Shown: positions 27,740 through 38,804 of the stretch, piece by piece
Layout: the number at the start of each line of letters is the position of its first letter
How positions within the stretch are numbered: the stretch's first letter is position 1
Source of the DNA: Bacillota bacterium
GTDB lineage: Bacteria > Bacillota > Dethiobacteria > Dethiobacterales > Dethiobacteraceae
NCBI GenBank assembly: GCA_012521405.1
Contig: JAAYMK010000067.1
Location: 7,393 to 71,392, forward strand
DNA: 64,000 nt
Direction: 5' to 3'
Notes under the pieces: generated by a model
What the model saw: the letters and a program-made list of their open reading frames with translations, nothing else
Databases searched by the model: none
What the model was told of the DNA's origin: nothing
Made by a program: the position numbers and the translations under genes

Positions 27740-27786
27740 CCCCTCCTTCACGGGGAATTTATTAGTATAAGCCGTGAAAGGAGGGG
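27740..27786 (+). terminator. Terminator-like hairpin whose 3' arm contains the SD of the next gene
   Basis: cccctccttcacgg (27740-27753) pairs with ccgtgaaaggagggg (27772-27786), followed by attttgtg. Confidence 0.55.
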
Positions 27787-27791
27787 ATTTT

Positions 27792-28175
27792 GTGTTTACT
27801 AGGCAAAAATGGATTTTTCCTGCAAGTTTTCTCACCTTTGGCTTTTGCCTTGGTTTGGTAATAGGCGTGGCTGTGGCTCCAATACCTGCCGGCTCTAAAC
27901 AGAAAAATACAGCTGCGGCGGAAAGCGCCGGTATCTATATGTCCGAAGCGCAACAGCTTGACGCTTCCCCGGAAACACAGCAGCAATATCAGGGATACTT
28001 GGGGGTATATAATAACCATCTGGCTGTTTATGAGGGCTTGCCGCCCACTGGTACCCTGAAATATGTCATGATGGATTATGTGGCGCGCGATGATGTCCGG
28101 GCACAGTTGGAGCAAGGAGTTCCCTTTACTGATACATATGATTTGTTGCGTATCCTAGAAAACTATACAAGTTGA
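27792..28175 (+). CDS. Membrane-anchored protein with a BofC_C-like C-terminal domain (tentative)
   Basis: TM helix, then GYLGVYNNHLAVYEGLPP...LEQGVPF...LLRILE pattern. GTG at 27792 lies 7 nt after aggagg. Confidence 0.4.
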   Translation: MFTRQKWIFPASFLTFGFCLGLVIGVAVAPIPAGSKQKNTAAAESAGIYMSEAQQLDASPETQQQYQGYLGVYNNHLAVYEGLPPTGTLKYVMMDYVARDDVRAQLEQGVPFTDTYDLLRILENYTS

Positions 28176-28226
28176 ATAAGTCAGTGGATTTTGGTTAAAC
28201 TATACGGCATATTTGGAGGTACCATA

Positions 28227-28724
28227 GTGAAATTTTCCCGGGAAACAGTGGGATTACCTGTAATGCATTTTGACAGCGGTCGTGAATTGGGAAAAGTGCG
28301 CGAATGGCTTGTGGATGAATCCGGACAAGTTGTGATTGCTTTGGTGATTGAAGGGGGAGGATGGCTTCCCCAAAAACGGATTATACCTTACCGCGAGATT
28401 TTAAGCGTGGGGCCGGATGCCATTATGGTTAACGCAGTGGGTGAGTATGCCAGCGGTGATCCGCCCAGCTTGGCCGGCCAAGCGACCCGCCGCGTGCTGG
28501 GGATGCGCTTGTTAGCCGCCCATGGTGAGGAACTGGGTATAGTTGAAGATATTTTATTTGATGAAGAATCTGGCCGCATTACAGGTTGGCGCCTTTCTTC
28601 CGGTTTAATTGACGATCTTCTGCAAGGCAGGACTGTATTGCAGGAACCGCTGCAGCTGACCATGGGGGAAGATGCGCTGATTATTAATGATGTCATTTTT
28701 CAGAGAAATGAATTGCAGGAATGA
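28227..28724 (+). CDS. PRC-barrel domain protein (two repeats)
   Basis: G.PV......G..LG.V.....D...G.V.AL.. pattern occurs twice. GTG at 28227 follows ggaggt. Confidence 0.6.
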   Translation: MKFSRETVGLPVMHFDSGRELGKVREWLVDESGQVVIALVIEGGGWLPQKRIIPYREILSVGPDAIMVNAVGEYASGDPPSLAGQATRRVLGMRLLAAHGEELGIVEDILFDEESGRITGWRLSSGLIDDLLQGRTVLQEPLQLTMGEDALIINDVIFQRNELQE

Positions 28725-28733
28725 GGTGAAATT

Positions 28734-28934
28734 ATGCACTGCCCGTTATGCCATTGTAAAGATGTTGGCAGAGTAGGGACAGATCAATATTACTGCTGGA
28801 ATTGTCTCGTTGAATTTTCGCTCAAAGGTAAAGACGGACCTACTGCTTACTATGTTGATGAAGAGGGCACATTAATTTCTTTAAGTGAAATGGTGCAGAA
28901 CTCACAAATGCAGCAAGAGAGTATTCTGGGATAA
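28734..28934 (+). CDS. Small zinc-ribbon protein
   Basis: CPLC...CWNC Cys pairs; 66 aa, closely packed after the PRC-barrel gene. Confidence 0.5.
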   Translation: MHCPLCHCKDVGRVGTDQYYCWNCLVEFSLKGKDGPTAYYVDEEGTLISLSEMVQNSQMQQESILG

Positions 28935-28997
28935 AGGGTTATGGTATCCCTCTAGGCCGCATATAGATAGATACATAGACGGACGGGGGTGTGTTTG

Positions 28998-30062
28998 ATG
29001 CTGCACCTAAAGGAATACTCTCAGACAGGTTGGCGTTATGTGATCATCGGCATTATCTGTGCCTGCTTGCTTATTGTTTTTTTTCTGCTTTATCGTTTAG
29101 GGGTTTTGCTAGTTTCCGTTATTATGCCTTTTTTAATTGCAATTATGTTGGCTTATATTTTAAATCCTTTGGTAGAATTCCTGGAAAATCGGCATATACC
29201 ACGATCTCTGGGGATTCTACTTATTTATGCAGTCTTTTTTTCCGCCGCCTTTCTTTTTAGCCTCACCGTTGTACCCAAACTGATTAGTGAACTGCAAAAA
29301 CTGGGGGAAATGTTACCACAGTACACGGGGCAATTTCAAAAATTTCTCTTGCATTTGCAATCAGACTACCAACGTATTGCTTTGCCGGAAAGTTTGCGCA
29401 TGGCTTTAGATCAAAATATTGTTAATCTTCAGGCTGAAATACAAAATCTTTTGGAGCGGGTTACAGGCAGTGTCTTAAGCATTTTTTCCAATATGCTGGC
29501 TATTTTGGTGATCCCGTTAACTGTGTTTTATATTTTACGCGATATGGATAGTTTGAAGCGCTCTGCAATCATGTTATTTCCGAAAAAGTATCGTACTTGG
29601 ATAGTGTCCATGGGTAGTGAAATGGACAGGACTTTAGGTGCTTATTTTCGTGGGATGTTAATCATCTGCTTTCTGGTAGGGGTGTTTACCTATCTAGGTC
29701 TTGTTATTATCGGTTTAGACTATGCTTTAATACTTGGTATTGTGGCGGGGATTACCAACATTATTCCATATTTTGGGCCTATTATCGGTGCCGTGCCCGC
29801 CGTTTTGCTGGCGCTTTTAAAATCACCCGGGTTGGCTTTTAAAACTGTAATTGTTTATGTGGTGGTACAGCAGTTGGAAGGGCATCTCATTGCCCCGCAA
29901 GTATGGGGGCGTACTCTAGGTTTGCATCCATTGGTGGTGATTTTAGTGCTCCTGATTGGAGGAAAATTCTTTGGTTTGGCCGGGCTAATTTTTGCCGTTC
30001 CCTTTACGGCTATGCTTCGCATTTTCCTTAAACATGCCATTGATTTAGCCGCCAATCGTTAA
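28998..30062 (+). CDS. AI-2E family transporter (PerM/YhhT, UPF0118)
   Basis: About 8 TM helices. NIIPYFGPIIGAVPA and QQLEGHLIAPQV are family signatures. Confidence 0.8.
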   Translation: MLHLKEYSQTGWRYVIIGIICACLLIVFFLLYRLGVLLVSVIMPFLIAIMLAYILNPLVEFLENRHIPRSLGILLIYAVFFSAAFLFSLTVVPKLISELQKLGEMLPQYTGQFQKFLLHLQSDYQRIALPESLRMALDQNIVNLQAEIQNLLERVTGSVLSIFSNMLAILVIPLTVFYILRDMDSLKRSAIMLFPKKYRTWIVSMGSEMDRTLGAYFRGMLIICFLVGVFTYLGLVIIGLDYALILGIVAGITNIIPYFGPIIGAVPAVLLALLKSPGLAFKTVIVYVVVQQLEGHLIAPQVWGRTLGLHPLVVILVLLIGGKFFGLAGLIFAVPFTAMLRIFLKHAIDLAANR

Positions 30063-30074
30063 AGACAACATTTA

Positions 30075-30104
30075 TTGACATGCTTCGGATTCATCTTATA
30101 TAAT
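30075..30104 (+). promoter_or_regulatory. Sigma-A promoter of alaS
   Basis: TTGACA (30075-30080), 18-nt spacer, TATAAT (30099-30104). Confidence 0.6.
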
Positions 30105-30135
30105 GTTCTGTGATACGATTCAGGGGGTGTTTGGC

Positions 30136-32754
30136 ATGTTGTCCAAAGATATCCGTTCCACTTTTCTTAAATTTTTTGAAGGAAAAGATCATTTAGTTCT
30201 ACCCAGTTTTTCTTTAATCCCGCAAAATGATCCCACTTTGCTCTTAATCGGCGCCGGTATGGCGCCGTTAAAACCATATTTTACCGGAGAAAAAAAGCCG
30301 CCTCACCCGCGGATAGCAACTTGTCAAAAGTGTGTACGTACTCCGGATATTGAGCGTGTAGGTCGCACTTCCAGGCATGCAACTTTTTTTGAAATGTTGG
30401 GTAACTTTTCTTTTGGTGATTATTTCAAGGAAGAAGCAATTACTTGGGCCTGGGAACTCTTGACGACAGGTTATAAATTACCCGAGGACAAGCTTTACGT
30501 AAGTATTTACCAAGATGATGACGAAGCATTTGAAATTTGGCATAAAAAAATTGGCCTTTCTCCGGAACGTATACATCGTTTAGGAAAGGAAGATAATTTC
30601 TGGGAAATTGGACAAGGCCCCTGCGGACCGTGTTCAGAAATTTATTATGATCTAGGACCGGAGCATGGTTGCGGCCGTCCTGATTGTGCTGTGGGCTGCG
30701 ACTGTGACCGGTTTTTGGAAGTTTGGAACTTGGTTTTTACCCAGTTTAACCGCACGGAAAGCGGCGAATACCTGCCACTGAAGCAGAAAAACATTGATAC
30801 CGGGATGGGCTTGGAACGTCTGGCTTTAGTTATGCAGAACGTAAACAACCTTTTTGAAATAGATACTGTCCGTCCTCTTTTAGACTTTTTTTGCCAAGCA
30901 ACGGAGCAGGTTTACGGTAAAGATAATACTGTAGATGTTTCCTTAAGAATCTTAACTGAACATTTGCGCGGAATTACTTTTTTAATTGGCGACGGCGTGC
31001 TGCCCGGCAACGAAGGCCGCGGCTATGTTTTACGGCGACTGTTGCGGCGGGCGGTAAGACATGGCAAACTCCTCGGTGTTAATGAGCCCTTTTTGCATCA
31101 GGCCGTTAAAATTGTCGTCAGAGAGTACGGCGAATTTTATCAAGAATTAGTTACAAATGCCGGGTATATTGAAAAAGTTGTCCGGCATGAAGAAGAACGT
31201 TTCCATGAAACTTTGGAACAAGGCATGAAAATGTTGACTGACCTGATGAATGCCGCCGGCAAAAACGGTGTTATTTCCGGGGCTGATGCTTTTAAATTAT
31301 ATGATACTTATGGCTTTCCCATTGATTTGACTAAGGAGATTTTAACAGAGCATAAATTGACTTTAGATGAAGCAGGTTTTCAAGCTGCTTTAGAGGAGCA
31401 AAGACGGCGTGCCCGCAGTGCCCGCAGTGAAAATATTTTCGGTACTACTGGCCAGTCGTATCAACAGCTGAAAGGTTTAACCACTGAATTTGTGGGCTAC
31501 AATACCTTGGTAAAGAAGACGGAAATTCTTGCTATCCTTAAAAATGGTGAACTGGTGGATAAAGCCGCTGCAGAAGAGGAAGTTGAAATTGTTTTAAAGG
31601 CCACGCCTTTTTATGGAGAGCGCGGCGGTCAAGTGGGTGATACAGGTATTATTCAAGCTGAAAAGGCAACATTTGACGTTGCTGATACTATTGTTACGGC
31701 AGATGATGTGGTTGTGCACCGGGGAATTGTGGTCAGCGGCACATTCTCCGTGGGAGATGCGGTGCAGGCCATGGTGCATACGCCAAGACGCGGTGATATT
31801 TGCCGTAATCATACAGCTACCCATATTTTGCATAAAACGCTGCAGGAAGTGCTGGGTGAGCATGTGAAACAAGCCGGGTCTTTGGTTGCTCCTGACCGCT
31901 TACGCTTTGATTTTAACCATTTAAGTGCTTTGACAGCAGAACAGTTAAAAGAGATTGAGACGCGGGTTAACGAGATTGTCTGGGGAAATTATCCGGTTAC
32001 GGTAACAGTCACCGGTTTAGAAGAGGCAAAAGAAATGGGTGCCACAGCTTTATTTGAAGAAAAATACGGTGATGCTGTACGCATTATCCGGGTAGGAGAT
32101 TACAGTATGGAATTGTGCGGGGGCACCCATGTAAGCAGTACAGGAGAAATTGGCTTGTTTAAAATTGTTTCTGAAGCAAGTATTGGTGCCGGTTTACGGC
32201 GGATTGAAGCCATTACCGGGAAGGCCGCTTATAACTGGTTTACAGCCCGCAATGAGCTCTTGGAACGTGCAGCCTCGGCACTGAAAACAAAACCTGAACA
32301 ACTGCTTGACAGGATCAGTGCACTGCAGGCGGAAAACAAGGAGCTTGAGCGGGAGAAGCAGCAACTGCAACTTAAATTGGCCGGAGAAAAAGTGGATGAA
32401 CTTCTTCCCTTGGTTTCAGAAAAAACCGGTGTACCTGTGCTGGCGGCAGAAGTAAGCGCCGGCAACATGGAAATGTTGCGTGATTTGGCGGATCGTTTGA
32501 AAAATAAAATGTCGTCAGGTATTATAGTTTTAGGCGCTGTCTCCGAGGGGAAAGTCTTACTTGTGGCCGCCATAACCAAGGATTTGGTAGAAGCAGGCTA
32601 CCATGCCGGTAAGCTCATTGGCCAAGTGGCTAAAATTGCCGGCGGTGGCGGTGGCGGACGTCCCGATATGGCGCAAGCAGGCGGAAAAGACCCCGCAAAG
32701 CTTAAAGAAGCCTTGACAAAAGTAGAAGAATTTGTACAAGCGCAACAGAAATAA
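30136..32754 (+). CDS. alaS: Alanine--tRNA ligase
   Basis: [14 protein letters not shown], editing-domain HTATHIL...H, C-terminal DHHA1 with [14 protein letters not shown]. Confidence 0.95.
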   Translation: MLSKDIRSTFLKFFEGKDHLVLPSFSLIPQNDPTLLLIGAGMAPLKPYFTGEKKPPHPRIATCQKCVRTPDIERVGRTSRHATFFEMLGNFSFGDYFKEEAITWAWELLTTGYKLPEDKLYVSIYQDDDEAFEIWHKKIGLSPERIHRLGKEDNFWEIGQGPCGPCSEIYYDLGPEHGCGRPDCAVGCDCDRFLEVWNLVFTQFNRTESGEYLPLKQKNIDTGMGLERLALVMQNVNNLFEIDTVRPLLDFFCQATEQVYGKDNTVDVSLRILTEHLRGITFLIGDGVLPGNEGRGYVLRRLLRRAVRHGKLLGVNEPFLHQAVKIVVREYGEFYQELVTNAGYIEKVVRHEEERFHETLEQGMKMLTDLMNAAGKNGVISGADAFKLYDTYGFPIDLTKEILTEHKLTLDEAGFQAALEEQRRRARSARSENIFGTTGQSYQQLKGLTTEFVGYNTLVKKTEILAILKNGELVDKAAAEEEVEIVLKATPFYGERGGQVGDTGIIQAEKATFDVADTIVTADDVVVHRGIVVSGTFSVGDAVQAMVHTPRRGDICRNHTATHILHKTLQEVLGEHVKQAGSLVAPDRLRFDFNHLSALTAEQLKEIETRVNEIVWGNYPVTVTVTGLEEAKEMGATALFEEKYGDAVRIIRVGDYSMELCGGTHVSSTGEIGLFKIVSEASIGAGLRRIEAITGKAAYNWFTARNELLERAASALKTKPEQLLDRISALQAENKELEREKQQLQLKLAGEKVDELLPLVSEKTGVPVLAAEVSAGNMEMLRDLADRLKNKMSSGIIVLGAVSEGKVLLVAAITKDLVEAGYHAGKLIGQVAKIAGGGGGGRPDMAQAGGKDPAKLKEALTKVEEFVQAQQK

Positions 32755-32815
32755 AGGAAATATTTGCCCTTTCCTAGAATACTTTAGTATTGATCCTACC
32801 ACGGGGGGTGAAGTT

Positions 32816-33094
32816 GTGGGTTCATTTGATCAAACCATGAAATATAAGCGAACAGGTGATGAAGCTTATCAAGCCAGGGATGTATTTGCTGTGGTGTATG
32901 CGGCACTGAAAGAGAAAGGATATAACCCTATTAATCAAATCGTCGGTTATCTCCTTTCCGGTGATCCGGCATACATTACGAGCCATCAAAATGCCAGGGT
33001 GCTCATACGTAAGCTGGAAAGAGATGAGCTGCTGGAGGAACTGGTAGGATCGTACTTAAGAACATTGGACTTGGATAATAAAGATAAAAAATAG
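32816..33094 (+). CDS. IreB/UPF0297-family protein (YrzL homologue)
   Basis: SFDQTMKY...[44 protein letters not shown] is near-identical in pattern to B. subtilis YrzL. GTG start at 32816. Confidence 0.85.
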   Translation: MGSFDQTMKYKRTGDEAYQARDVFAVVYAALKEKGYNPINQIVGYLLSGDPAYITSHQNARVLIRKLERDELLEELVGSYLRTLDLDNKDKK

Positions 33095-33103
33095 GAGGAA
33101 GAG

Positions 33104-34051
33104 ATGGAATATCGCGTTTTGGGAAAGACGGGGATCCGTGTTTCCCGTCTTTGTTTTGGCACACTAACATTAAGCCCCCTACAGGGGAATATCCCTGTGG
33201 ATGTGGGGGCAGATTTATTATTATATGCGTACGAGCGGGGAGTTAATTTTTTTGATACGGCTGATCTGTATGAGACTTACCCCTATTTGCGTAAAATGTT
33301 AAAACACTGCAAAGAGCAGCCGGTATTGGCATCAAAATCTTATGATTATACACGTGAAGGCATGGAAAAAAGTTTAATGCGGGCTTTAAGGGAGATGGAT
33401 ATTCCCTATATTGATATTTTCCTTTTACATGAACAAGAGTCTCACTTAACTTTAGCCGGTCACCGCCCGGCTCTGGAATATTTGCTGGAAGCGAAAGAAA
33501 AGGGGCTTGTACGCGCTGTAGGTTTTTCCTGTCATACAGTGGCTGCCGTCAAGGCGGCGCTGGAAATGCCAGAAATTGACATTATTCACCCCCTGGTCAA
33601 CCTGCGGGGCATTGGTATAAACGACGGTAGTGTGGAAGACATGCTTTATGCCATAAAACAAGTGCATCAAAAAGGTACCGGTATTTATGCCATGAAGCCA
33701 TTGGGCGGCGGACACCTGATCAAAGAAAGCGAAGCGGCTTTACGTTTTGTTTTGGACCAGACTTGTTTAGATGCCATTGCCGTGGGAATGGCTACCAAAG
33801 AAGAGATAGAGTATAATTGTGCGCTTTTTGTCGGGGAACCTGTTTCCCCGGCAATGGGGGAAAAATTGCGGAGGCGAAAAAGAAGCCTGCAAGTACAAGC
33901 TTGGTGTGCCGGCTGCGGCAAGTGTGTGGCACACTGCCCGCAAAAGGCGTTGCAGGTTGTGGACGGAAAAGCCGTGGTGGATGCGGGAAAATGCATTCTT
34001 TGCGGTTATTGCGGTGCCTATTGCCCTGATTTTTGTTTAAAAATTTATTAA
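33104..34051 (+). CDS. Aldo/keto reductase fused to a C-terminal 2x[4Fe-4S] ferredoxin domain
   Basis: AKR N-terminus [19 protein letters not shown]...[10 protein letters not shown]-terminal [12 protein letters not shown] and [12 protein letters not shown]. Confidence 0.75.
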   Translation: MEYRVLGKTGIRVSRLCFGTLTLSPLQGNIPVDVGADLLLYAYERGVNFFDTADLYETYPYLRKMLKHCKEQPVLASKSYDYTREGMEKSLMRALREMDIPYIDIFLLHEQESHLTLAGHRPALEYLLEAKEKGLVRAVGFSCHTVAAVKAALEMPEIDIIHPLVNLRGIGINDGSVEDMLYAIKQVHQKGTGIYAMKPLGGGHLIKESEAALRFVLDQTCLDAIAVGMATKEEIEYNCALFVGEPVSPAMGEKLRRRKRSLQVQAWCAGCGKCVAHCPQKALQVVDGKAVVDAGKCILCGYCGAYCPDFCLKIY

Positions 34052-34064
34052 GTTGAGGAGATTT

Positions 34065-34499
34065 ATGCGTATACTGGGACTGGATGTTGGTGAACGCACA
34101 ATTGGTGTGGCCGTCAGTGACGCTTTAGGTTTGACGGCACAAGGATTGGAAGTGATAAGACGTCGTACTTGGGAAGAAGATGTAAAACGACTCCGGGAAA
34201 TTAGTGAGCAATATGATGTGTCTACCATTGTTGTGGGTTTTCCCAAAAACATGAACGGCACCATTGGGCCACAGGCACAAGCGGCGGCCGCCTTTGCCGA
34301 ACGACTGGCAGCAGAATTAGGGTTGCCCGTTAAATTATGGGATGAGCGTTTGACAACCATGGAGGCGGAACGTCTCCTGCTGGCAGCGGACGTAAGCCGT
34401 AGCAAGCGGCGTAAAGTCATTGATAAAATGGCTGCTGTACTTATATTGCAAAGCTATCTGCAAGCTCATCCACTATCCAGTATGGATAGAAATTGGTAA
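34065..34499 (+). CDS. ruvX: Putative pre-16S rRNA nuclease / Holliday-junction resolvase-like YqgF
   Basis: [19 protein letters not shown]...DERLTT motifs. Confidence 0.88.
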   Translation: MRILGLDVGERTIGVAVSDALGLTAQGLEVIRRRTWEEDVKRLREISEQYDVSTIVVGFPKNMNGTIGPQAQAAAAFAERLAAELGLPVKLWDERLTTMEAERLLLAADVSRSKRRKVIDKMAAVLILQSYLQAHPLSSMDRNW

Positions 34500-34552
34500 A
34501 TTAGTAAAAAATAAGAGCGTTTACTCCATTTTAAAAAGAGGTGTATAATTAA

Positions 34553-34840
34553 ATGACGGAGATGCAAAATGACCTGATTACATTGGTGGATGAAGAAGGT
34601 AATGAGCATCAGTTTATGCTGCTTGATATTATCAATGTTAATAACAGCGATTATGCCATTATGGTTTCCACCGAAGAATTGGCCGCCGATGATGATATCG
34701 ATGAACAGGAAGCTGTGATTTTCCGCATCGAGGAAGACGGAGATGGGCAGCAAATGCTCATTGTGGTGGACGAGGATGAAGAATGGGAAGCTGTAGTTAC
34801 GGCTTGGGAAGAACTTATAGGATTGGACGAGGAAGAGTAG
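34553..34840 (+). CDS. DUF1292 protein (YrzB-like)
   Basis: Acidic 95-aa protein with LVDEEGNEHQF.LLD pattern. It occupies the conserved position after ruvX. Confidence 0.75.
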   Translation: MTEMQNDLITLVDEEGNEHQFMLLDIINVNNSDYAIMVSTEELAADDDIDEQEAVIFRIEEDGDGQQMLIVVDEDEEWEAVVTAWEELIGLDEEE

Positions 34841-34862
34841 GAGTAAAAACGGAGGCTTAAGC

Positions 34863-35900
34863 ATGACAAAGGGGAAGAAGCTGCTGGTAGCTGCGGGAAT
34901 AGTATTTTTCCTGTTTGCTGCCGCTGTAGGAGTTTTTGCCTTTCAAGTTCATAAGTGGCTACAACCGGTTCCTGCCATGGCTGCTGAACCTGTCTTGGTT
35001 ACCATTCCGGCGGGTTCTTCCTCAACCGGGATAGCGAAAATTTTAGCCGATCACGGTTTGATTCGTAACGCCACGGTCTTCCGCCTTTATGCTAAATACC
35101 GTGGGTTAGATCAGAAATTACAGGCCGGCGACTATTTGTTTCATTTCGGCATGACCATGGATGAGATTTTAGAGCAACTCAGGAAAGGAAATGTCTACAG
35201 ACCGACTGTAACCGTTACTATTCCTGAAGGTTTTAATGTGGAACAAATTGCCGAACGGCTGCAAGCGCAAGGTTTGGTTGAATATGATGTGTTTATGGGC
35301 TTGGCAAGACAGACAGTGCCGTCACTAGGGCAGGTTAGGGAAGGACAACGTTATGCGATAGAAGGCTACCTTTTTCCTGACACATATGAATTTGACGTCA
35401 ATGCCACCCCAGAACAAATCTTAGACCGGATGTTAAGGCGTCTAGAAGAGATTTTTACTCCGGATATGCGTAAACGTTGCCAGGAATTGGGCTTGGAAAT
35501 TCATGATGTTATGACGCTTGCCGCTTTAGTGGAAAGAGAAGCCCAAGTTGCCGCCGAGCGGGAGTTAATTGCCGGCGTCATGCACAATCGTTTACAAAAA
35601 AATATGCCATTACAAATAGATGCATCGGTAATTTACGCCCTGGGTAAGCATAAACAAGTTGTATCCCTAGAAGATTTAAAAGTGGATTCACCTTACAACA
35701 CCTATAAGTATCCGGGACTGCCTCCCGGTCCTATTGCTTCACCCGGTAAAGCAGCCATTATGGCCGTACTTTATCCTGCCGAGACAGATTACTTGTATTA
35801 TGTGGCCAAAGGAGACGGTTCCGGTGAACATTATTTTGGTCGGACGTTATCAGAGCATAACGCCAATATTAAAAAAGCCAATGAAAATCGCAAACGGTAG
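34863..35900 (+). CDS. mltG: Endolytic murein transglycosylase MltG (YceG)
   Basis: N-terminal TM helix, LEGYLFPDTY, and ASPG...YYFV-like motifs. Confidence 0.88.
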   Translation: MTKGKKLLVAAGIVFFLFAAAVGVFAFQVHKWLQPVPAMAAEPVLVTIPAGSSSTGIAKILADHGLIRNATVFRLYAKYRGLDQKLQAGDYLFHFGMTMDEILEQLRKGNVYRPTVTVTIPEGFNVEQIAERLQAQGLVEYDVFMGLARQTVPSLGQVREGQRYAIEGYLFPDTYEFDVNATPEQILDRMLRRLEEIFTPDMRKRCQELGLEIHDVMTLAALVEREAQVAAERELIAGVMHNRLQKNMPLQIDASVIYALGKHKQVVSLEDLKVDSPYNTYKYPGLPPGPIASPGKAAIMAVLYPAETDYLYYVAKGDGSGEHYFGRTLSEHNANIKKANENRKR

Positions 35901-35909
35901 GCGTGGCTT

Positions 35910-37127
35910 ATGAAAAAACCTGAAATTCTCGCACCTGCCGGGAACCTGGAAAAATTAAAAATGGCCGTTCTTTATGGCGCCGATGCCGTTTATCTGGCGG
36001 GAAAAAGTTTTGGTATGCGTGCCTTTGCCGGTAATTTTAATGATGCCCAGATGCAGGAAGGTATTGCCTTTGCTCATCAACACGGCGCCAAAGTCTATGT
36101 AACCGTCAATATCTTTGCCCATAATGAAGATATAGAAAAGTTGCCGGCGTATTTAAAAAAATTAGCTGCTTATGAAGTAGACGGGTTAATACTAGCCGAT
36201 CCGGGCGTACTTGCTTTGGCGCAAGAAATTGTACCTCACTTGCCATGCCACTTAAGTACACAGGCTAATACCATGAACTGGCGCAGTGCACTTTTTTGGG
36301 AGAGAGCCGGCATTTCGCGAATTATTTTAGCCAGGGAGTTGAACCTGGAGCAGATTGCCGAGATTAGGCGGCACACTAGCGTTGAACTGGAAGTATTTGT
36401 TCATGGGGCAATGTGCTGGGCATATTCTGGACGCTGTTATTTAAGTCACCATTTGGAGGGTCGCAGTGCAAACCGCGGTCAGTGCGCACAAGCATGCCGC
36501 TGGAAGTACTACTTGGTAGAACAACGGCATCCGGGTGAATACATGCCCATTGAAGAAGATGAGCGGGGAATTTATATTTTAAATGCCCGCGACCTTTGTT
36601 TACTTGATTATATAGGAGACTTGGCAGCGGCCGGGGTCAATAGTTTTAAAATAGAGGGTCGCATGAAAAGTGTTTATTATGTGTCTTTAGTAACCAGAGT
36701 CTACCGCCAAGCATTGGATACCTATTGGTCAGATCCGGAAAACTTTGTGGTTGATCCGGTATGGCGGCAAGAGCTGGAAGCCGTTAGTCATCGCCCTTAC
36801 TCAACCGGTTTTTTAGTAGAAAATCCCGGATTGGAAGGGCAGGTTTTTGAAAGCACAGAACAAATATCCACCCATGAATTCGTTGGGGTTGTCCAAAGTT
36901 ATGATAAAAAAACAGGACAAGCGGTAGTGGAAATGCGTAACCGGTTTGCCGTGGGAGAAAAGTTGGAGGTAGTAGGTCCGAAAACAGATCCGCGGGAATT
37001 TACAGTGAAAAGCCTTATTAACAGTGCCGGACAAGCCATTGAAGAGGCAATTCTGGTGCAGGAACATGTAACCATGCCTGTACCTTTTCCGGTGGAGCCT
37101 TATGCCATCGTCAGACGAAAAAAATAG
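35910..37127 (+). CDS. Peptidase U32 family protein (YrrN/YrrO-like; RNA hydroxylation family)
   Basis: PELLAPAGN start, E..VHGA.C...SGRC.LS and CAQ.CRW motifs. Confidence 0.8.
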   Translation: MKKPEILAPAGNLEKLKMAVLYGADAVYLAGKSFGMRAFAGNFNDAQMQEGIAFAHQHGAKVYVTVNIFAHNEDIEKLPAYLKKLAAYEVDGLILADPGVLALAQEIVPHLPCHLSTQANTMNWRSALFWERAGISRIILARELNLEQIAEIRRHTSVELEVFVHGAMCWAYSGRCYLSHHLEGRSANRGQCAQACRWKYYLVEQRHPGEYMPIEEDERGIYILNARDLCLLDYIGDLAAAGVNSFKIEGRMKSVYYVSLVTRVYRQALDTYWSDPENFVVDPVWRQELEAVSHRPYSTGFLVENPGLEGQVFESTEQISTHEFVGVVQSYDKKTGQAVVEMRNRFAVGEKLEVVGPKTDPREFTVKSLINSAGQAIEEAILVQEHVTMPVPFPVEPYAIVRRKK

Positions 37128-37189
37128 TATAAGAAAGCACCTTGGTGGACAGACTAAATATTTGGATCAAGTTCACGAGGTGCTTTTTT

Positions 37190-38749
37190 ATGCGTAGGCA
37201 GTGGCGCCAGCAAAGAATTGTCATGATGATTTTTGTTTTTATGTTAGCCGTGGGGTTACTCCTGGGGAGAATTTTTTATTTACAATTATGGCGGGGGAAA
37301 GAATTTGCCGCCCGGGCTGTAGCACAAAGGACCGGTTCGTATGTTTATGCTTCCGGACGGGGACAAATTTTTGACCGTAACGGTATATCACTACATGCAA
37401 AACTGGAACCTATTTCTGCTCTTGCCAGGGAAGAGCTTGCTGCTTACCATCTTCCTTTAGAAGTAATGAGTAATTATACTCTGCAGGAAGAAATTCGCTA
37501 TTATGCAGGATCACTGGCAACCCACGTCACAGGTTATATTAAAAAACCTCGCAATCCTTTGCAGCCGCAAAACGGGCTTAGCGGATTGGAACGCTCTTTT
37601 AATGAAGAGCTGTGGGGAACTCCTTCCGCTGTGGGAGTTACTGTTGATGCCAAAGGGAAAGCTGTACCGGGTTTGGGGATGATGGAATGGCAGTATCAGC
37701 ATTTTCGCCGTCCTTATAATGTAATTACTACTATTGATGCCAAGTTGCAGGAGATAGTTGAAAGAGTAGCTGCCGGCAAAATCAAAAAAGGTGCTGTGAT
37801 ATTTTTGGATCCGGCAAGTGGAGATATTTTAGCCCTGGCTTCATATCCGCGTCTGCCGGTGGAGAAACTGTATCAAGGCGGCATTACGGCAGAGGAATTA
37901 AAGCAACTGGAGGTTAACAATCCCTATTTAAACAGGGCCATTATGCAATATCCTACCGGTTCAGTTTTTAAAGTGATTCTTGCCGCCGCTGCCTTGGAGC
38001 AAAATGTGCCCGAACCGGAAGGTTTATATGTTTGTAAAGGTAGGTATGAATTGGGAGATACAGTTTTTCGTTGTTACCAGGATACTGCACATGGTGTACT
38101 GGATTTGCATGCGGCGCTGGCACTGTCATGCAACGGTTATTTTATTGATTTGGCTCTACGTCTTGGAAAAGATGTAGTTTTGGAGATGGCGCGCCGCTTT
38201 AAATTGGGACAGCCTACAGGTATTCCTTTGGGACAGGAAGCCGCCGGAAATCTTCCCACTTTGTATGATTTGCGCTATGGTGGCGATGTGGCCAATATGG
38301 CTTTGGGGCAAGGAAAGGTTGCGGCTACTCCGCTGCAGCTAGCTCGCGTCATGGCCATCATTGCCAATAACGGCCGGGATGTCTATCCCCGGCTAGTGGC
38401 AAAAGTTGTGGATAAAAACGGTAATCCGGTAAAAATTTTTCCCGTACAGTATGGAGCTCGCATTATCTCACCGGAAATTTCTGCTGCGCTGCAGAAAATG
38501 CTCATGACCGTGGTCGAAGAAGGCACGGCGCAATATGCTAAAAGTCACCTCTATCAAGCTGCCGGTAAATCGGGGACGGCTGAAGTGGCCGGCACAGATT
38601 ATAATCATTCTTGGTTTGCTACCATCGTAAAAACGGAAAAACGCCAAATGGTTGCCGTCGTTTTTATTGAAGAGTGGCGGCCGCTGAATGATACCGCTTC
38701 AGCTGTATTTAAAAATATTATGGAGACAGTTATCAAAGAAAACGTTTAA
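37190..38749 (+). CDS. Class B penicillin-binding protein (PBP2/SpoVD/PbpI-like transpeptidase)
   Basis: N-terminal TM helix; SxxK (GSVFK), SxN (SCN), KSGT. Confidence 0.85.
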   Translation: MRRQWRQQRIVMMIFVFMLAVGLLLGRIFYLQLWRGKEFAARAVAQRTGSYVYASGRGQIFDRNGISLHAKLEPISALAREELAAYHLPLEVMSNYTLQEEIRYYAGSLATHVTGYIKKPRNPLQPQNGLSGLERSFNEELWGTPSAVGVTVDAKGKAVPGLGMMEWQYQHFRRPYNVITTIDAKLQEIVERVAAGKIKKGAVIFLDPASGDILALASYPRLPVEKLYQGGITAEELKQLEVNNPYLNRAIMQYPTGSVFKVILAAAALEQNVPEPEGLYVCKGRYELGDTVFRCYQDTAHGVLDLHAALALSCNGYFIDLALRLGKDVVLEMARRFKLGQPTGIPLGQEAAGNLPTLYDLRYGGDVANMALGQGKVAATPLQLARVMAIIANNGRDVYPRLVAKVVDKNGNPVKIFPVQYGARIISPEISAALQKMLMTVVEEGTAQYAKSHLYQAAGKSGTAEVAGTDYNHSWFATIVKTEKRQMVAVVFIEEWRPLNDTASAVFKNIMETVIKENV

Positions 38750-38804
38750 AAATATTGCACGAGTGTCCCTGATCTGATAAACTATGAAGCAAAACAGAAT
38801 ATTT

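Noticed and set aside
30063-30135. T-box leader upstream of alaS.
   Set aside because: Only about 30 nt separate the predicted -10 from the start codon. That is too short for a T-box, and no specifier or T-box sequence is visible.
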